A DNA stretch of 64,000 nt from Mantamonas sphyraenae STR306. Lineage: Eukaryota; Protista; CRuMs. The stretch spans positions 62,001-126,000 of the forward strand of contig JAPMXV010000059.1 of the NCBI GenBank assembly GCA_026936335.1. Direction: 5' to 3'. How positions within the stretch are numbered: position 1 is the first letter of the stretch; each line of letters begins with the position of its first letter. Of this stretch, positions 61,745 to 64,000 are shown piece by piece. The notes beneath the pieces were generated by a model. The model was not told the origin of the DNA. It did no database searches and saw only the letters and a list, made by a program, of their open reading frames with translations. A program made the translations under genes and the position numbers.

Positions 61745-62355
61745 CTACATCTCCTCCTCCTCCAGCTCTTTTCCCCGTTGCACGCGTTCACGTGCCCCAC
61801 TCAGACTCGTGAGGCTCTTGAGGGCAGTCTCCAATTCCTCCGACACCTTTTTCACGTCTGCCTCGTCGCCCGTCTTCTTGGAATACTCCTTGCCGTTGTC
61901 CGGTTTGCCCATGCCAGCGGCCAGTTCGGCCTCCAGCTGCTCGTACGGCGTCTCCAGCATCTTCTTCTTCCTGTGGTCCGGTGAGCGTGCAGTGTCAGCG
62001 TGTGTGCGTGTGCTGGGAGCCAGGGAGTCGCATGCGCGGATTTCTTTTCGAATCTCAACCCCACCCCCCACTCAACCCCCACTCAACCCCTGCCTTACCT
62101 CCTCTTGTGCAGCTTGGTGGCCGTGTGTGCCTTGAGGGCGTCGCTGTCCATGAAAAAGCGAGAGCAGGACACGCAGTAGAACTTGCCTGCGCCCGGAAGG
62201 TCCAGATCCACCTCCCTGGGTTTGCCGGTGTCGCCAAACTCGCTCAGTTCGGCGTGCACTTGGTCGTGGTCCAGCTTGCGGTTGCGAAGCCGTGTGCCCT
62301 TTCGCGTCTGCTTCTTGTCCGCTTTGCTCTTCTTGCGTTTGTAGACGCCTCCCAT
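61745..62355 (-). CDS. BUD20: Bud20/ZNF593 zinc-finger ribosome biogenesis factor (intron 62098-61971)
   Basis: DLPGAGKFYCVSCSRFF...H-ATKLHKRR, PYEQLEAELAAG. Confidence 0.88.
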
Positions 62356-62409
62356 GTGTGTGTGTGTGTGTGTGTGTGTGCCTGCGGGTGCGCAGCCAGG
62401 GCAAACAGC

Positions 62410-63439
62410 ATGACCACACGCAAGTTGGATGACCTGCAAGATTGGGGGGATTTGGATGGGTTTGAGGATGATCCGTCGCTCAGTGACATTGTCGTTGAAG
62501 CTTCGTCGTCCGAGAGCAATGAGCCAGCAGCCGGCGGATGGCAACGCACCCTGGAGGAGGAGCAGGCATGGCAGGCCCGCAAGCGTCAGCGGCGCGAGCA
62601 GCTCCAGACAAAAGTTGTTGTTGACGACTCCACATACACCGGCTACAACGTCGAAGAGCGTCGCAAGGCCAAGGCCGAAGCGATGATTTCGAGCTTCGTC
62701 AACGTCGGCAGCGACGGAAAGGCCCGCTGCTGGGGCAGCATCTCGGAGGGGGAGCGTGATTTCCATGACAACGCGTGGGGCGTCCCTGTGCTCGACGACA
62801 CAAAGCTGTTTGAGCTGCTCACGCTCAACGTGTTCCAGCCGGTACGTGGGGGTTCCCGAGAACCTTTTGTTCGAGACCATGGCACGCTGACACACACGCA
62901 CACACCACAACACACAGGGACTCAACTGGCGCCAGATCATGAACAAGGCACCAAACATCAAAGCTGCGTTTCTGGACTACGACATCGTCAAGGTGGCTTC
63001 GTTCAGCGACGACGACATCAACCGGCTGCTCAAGCTTCCCGACGGCGAGTTTATACGCAACAAAGCAAAGATCCTGGCCACTGTGTCCAATGCACAGGCA
63101 GTGTGCATCCTCCGTGCTGAAAACAGGTGTTCTTGGGCAAAGTGGCTGTGGACAAATCCAGACATCTGGCCCGAACACGATTTTGACGCCTCGTCTCGCC
63201 TCCAGCCATTCATCAAACCCACCACATTCTACGAGAGCTTTTGTGAGACAAACACCGAGTTTTCACGGCGCCTTGCAAAGGTGCTCCTGGCCAATGGCTT
63301 TGCCTTTCTCGGTCCCATCAACACCTACACATTTGCCCAGAGCGCTGGGTTCTACAACATGCACCTGGATGGCTGTTGGCGCTCTCACAAGGAAAACATC
63401 AAGAACGAGCTTGTGCCGAAGTATGGCGAGCTGAAATGA
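62410..63439 (+). CDS. Second, divergent Tag-family glycosylase (intron 62842-62917)
   Basis: RCW, FHDNAWGVP, LFELLTLNVFQPGLNW, IRNKAKI, GFAFLGP, NMHLDGC. Confidence 0.82.
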
Positions 63440-63448
63440 ATTCCGCCA

Positions 63449-64000
63449 TCAAACGCCCTCCAACACCTCCAGCAACGCATCCACCCACTGCACGAGCGCA
63501 TGCGCAGTCTTGAACACACAGCGGTACTCCTGGTTCATCCTTGCCTTTTCCAGCTTGGACGCCTCGATCTCCTGGCTCGTGAACTTGGAGATCTTAAACT
63601 CGGTTTCCCCTCCAAGCACGGCACGAACACGCTGCAGCACCTTTTTCGCCTCAGCCACACTTGCAGCTTTGTACCACATCATCGCCTCGGCGCCCACGTA
63701 CACCACCGTCGACATCATGGCCGTATACTTGTGGTACGCGGCAGAGAAGTGGCGCACGTCGCCGTCAAGTCGTGGCGACAGGGCCAGCACCTCCTTGCAC
63801 TCTCCAAGCTGCATGTCCTGTGCCATTTGTCGCTGGACCACACCCTGCAGCGCCACAAACCCGCCTTCGGTCAGCAGACCGCCCACAATACGCCTCTGCA
63901 GATCCCGCACCTGGTCCTCCACGTACAGCTGCTCCTGTGTGCCCAGACCACCCCAGGACTCCAGTGCAGCGCGCATTCCCTCGTCCTTTGTCAGTAGTGA
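63449..64000 (-). CDS. 3' end of a gene paralogous to the C-terminal domain of the 7TM-cpRAS protein (5' part beyond window)
   Basis: [23 protein letters not shown] vs [23 protein letters not shown]; [14 protein letters not shown] is identical in both; frame stays open to 64000. Confidence 0.8.
   Translation of the reverse strand, partial: SLLTKDEGMRAALESWGGLGTQEQLYVEDQVRDLQRRIVGGLLTEGGFVALQGVVQRQMAQDMQLGECKEVLALSPRLDGDVRHFSAAYHKYTAMMSTVVYVGAEAMMWYKAASVAEAKKVLQRVRAVLGGETEFKISKFTSQEIEASKLEKARMNQEYRCVFKTAHALVQWVDALLEVLEGV

Noticed and set aside
1-64000. Prokaryotic or viral origin suggested by gene density and tag genes
   Set aside because: Spliceosomal introns and eukaryote-specific genes (Arf, 4E-BP, myotubularin, REV3, BUD20) occur throughout; the exact lineage cannot be determined from this window

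Overview
Gene-dense, GC-rich eukaryotic (protist-like) DNA with about 28 protein-coding genes, GT-AG spliceosomal introns of mostly 75-260 nt, CA/GT microsatellites and very short intergenic gaps. I found no rRNA, tRNA, CRISPR array or transposase. Main observations: (1) A five-exon gene (54611-59292) whose phase-consistent splicing fuses a 7-transmembrane domain, a VAMP7-like longin domain with a degenerate R-SNARE helix, a circularly permuted Ras domain (cpRAS, G3-G4-G5-G1-G2), a SPRY domain and a helical C-terminal domain. A paralogous C-terminus enters from the right edge in a mirror arrangement with two Tag glycosylase genes. (2) Two SAM-synthetase (MAT) genes encoding identical proteins sit in a ~2.1 kb inverted repeat. 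Their ATG exists only after removal of a ~745-nt intron (A|TG), a candidate splicing switch. (3) A secreted precursor with an acidic pro-region and three strongly cationic VWD/C8-like repeats. (4) A giant SBBP-propeller/IPT/Cys-rich multi-TM surface protein with a recent 786-bp tandem expansion. All gene models were derived by eye and family calls rest on recognised motifs, not database searches.
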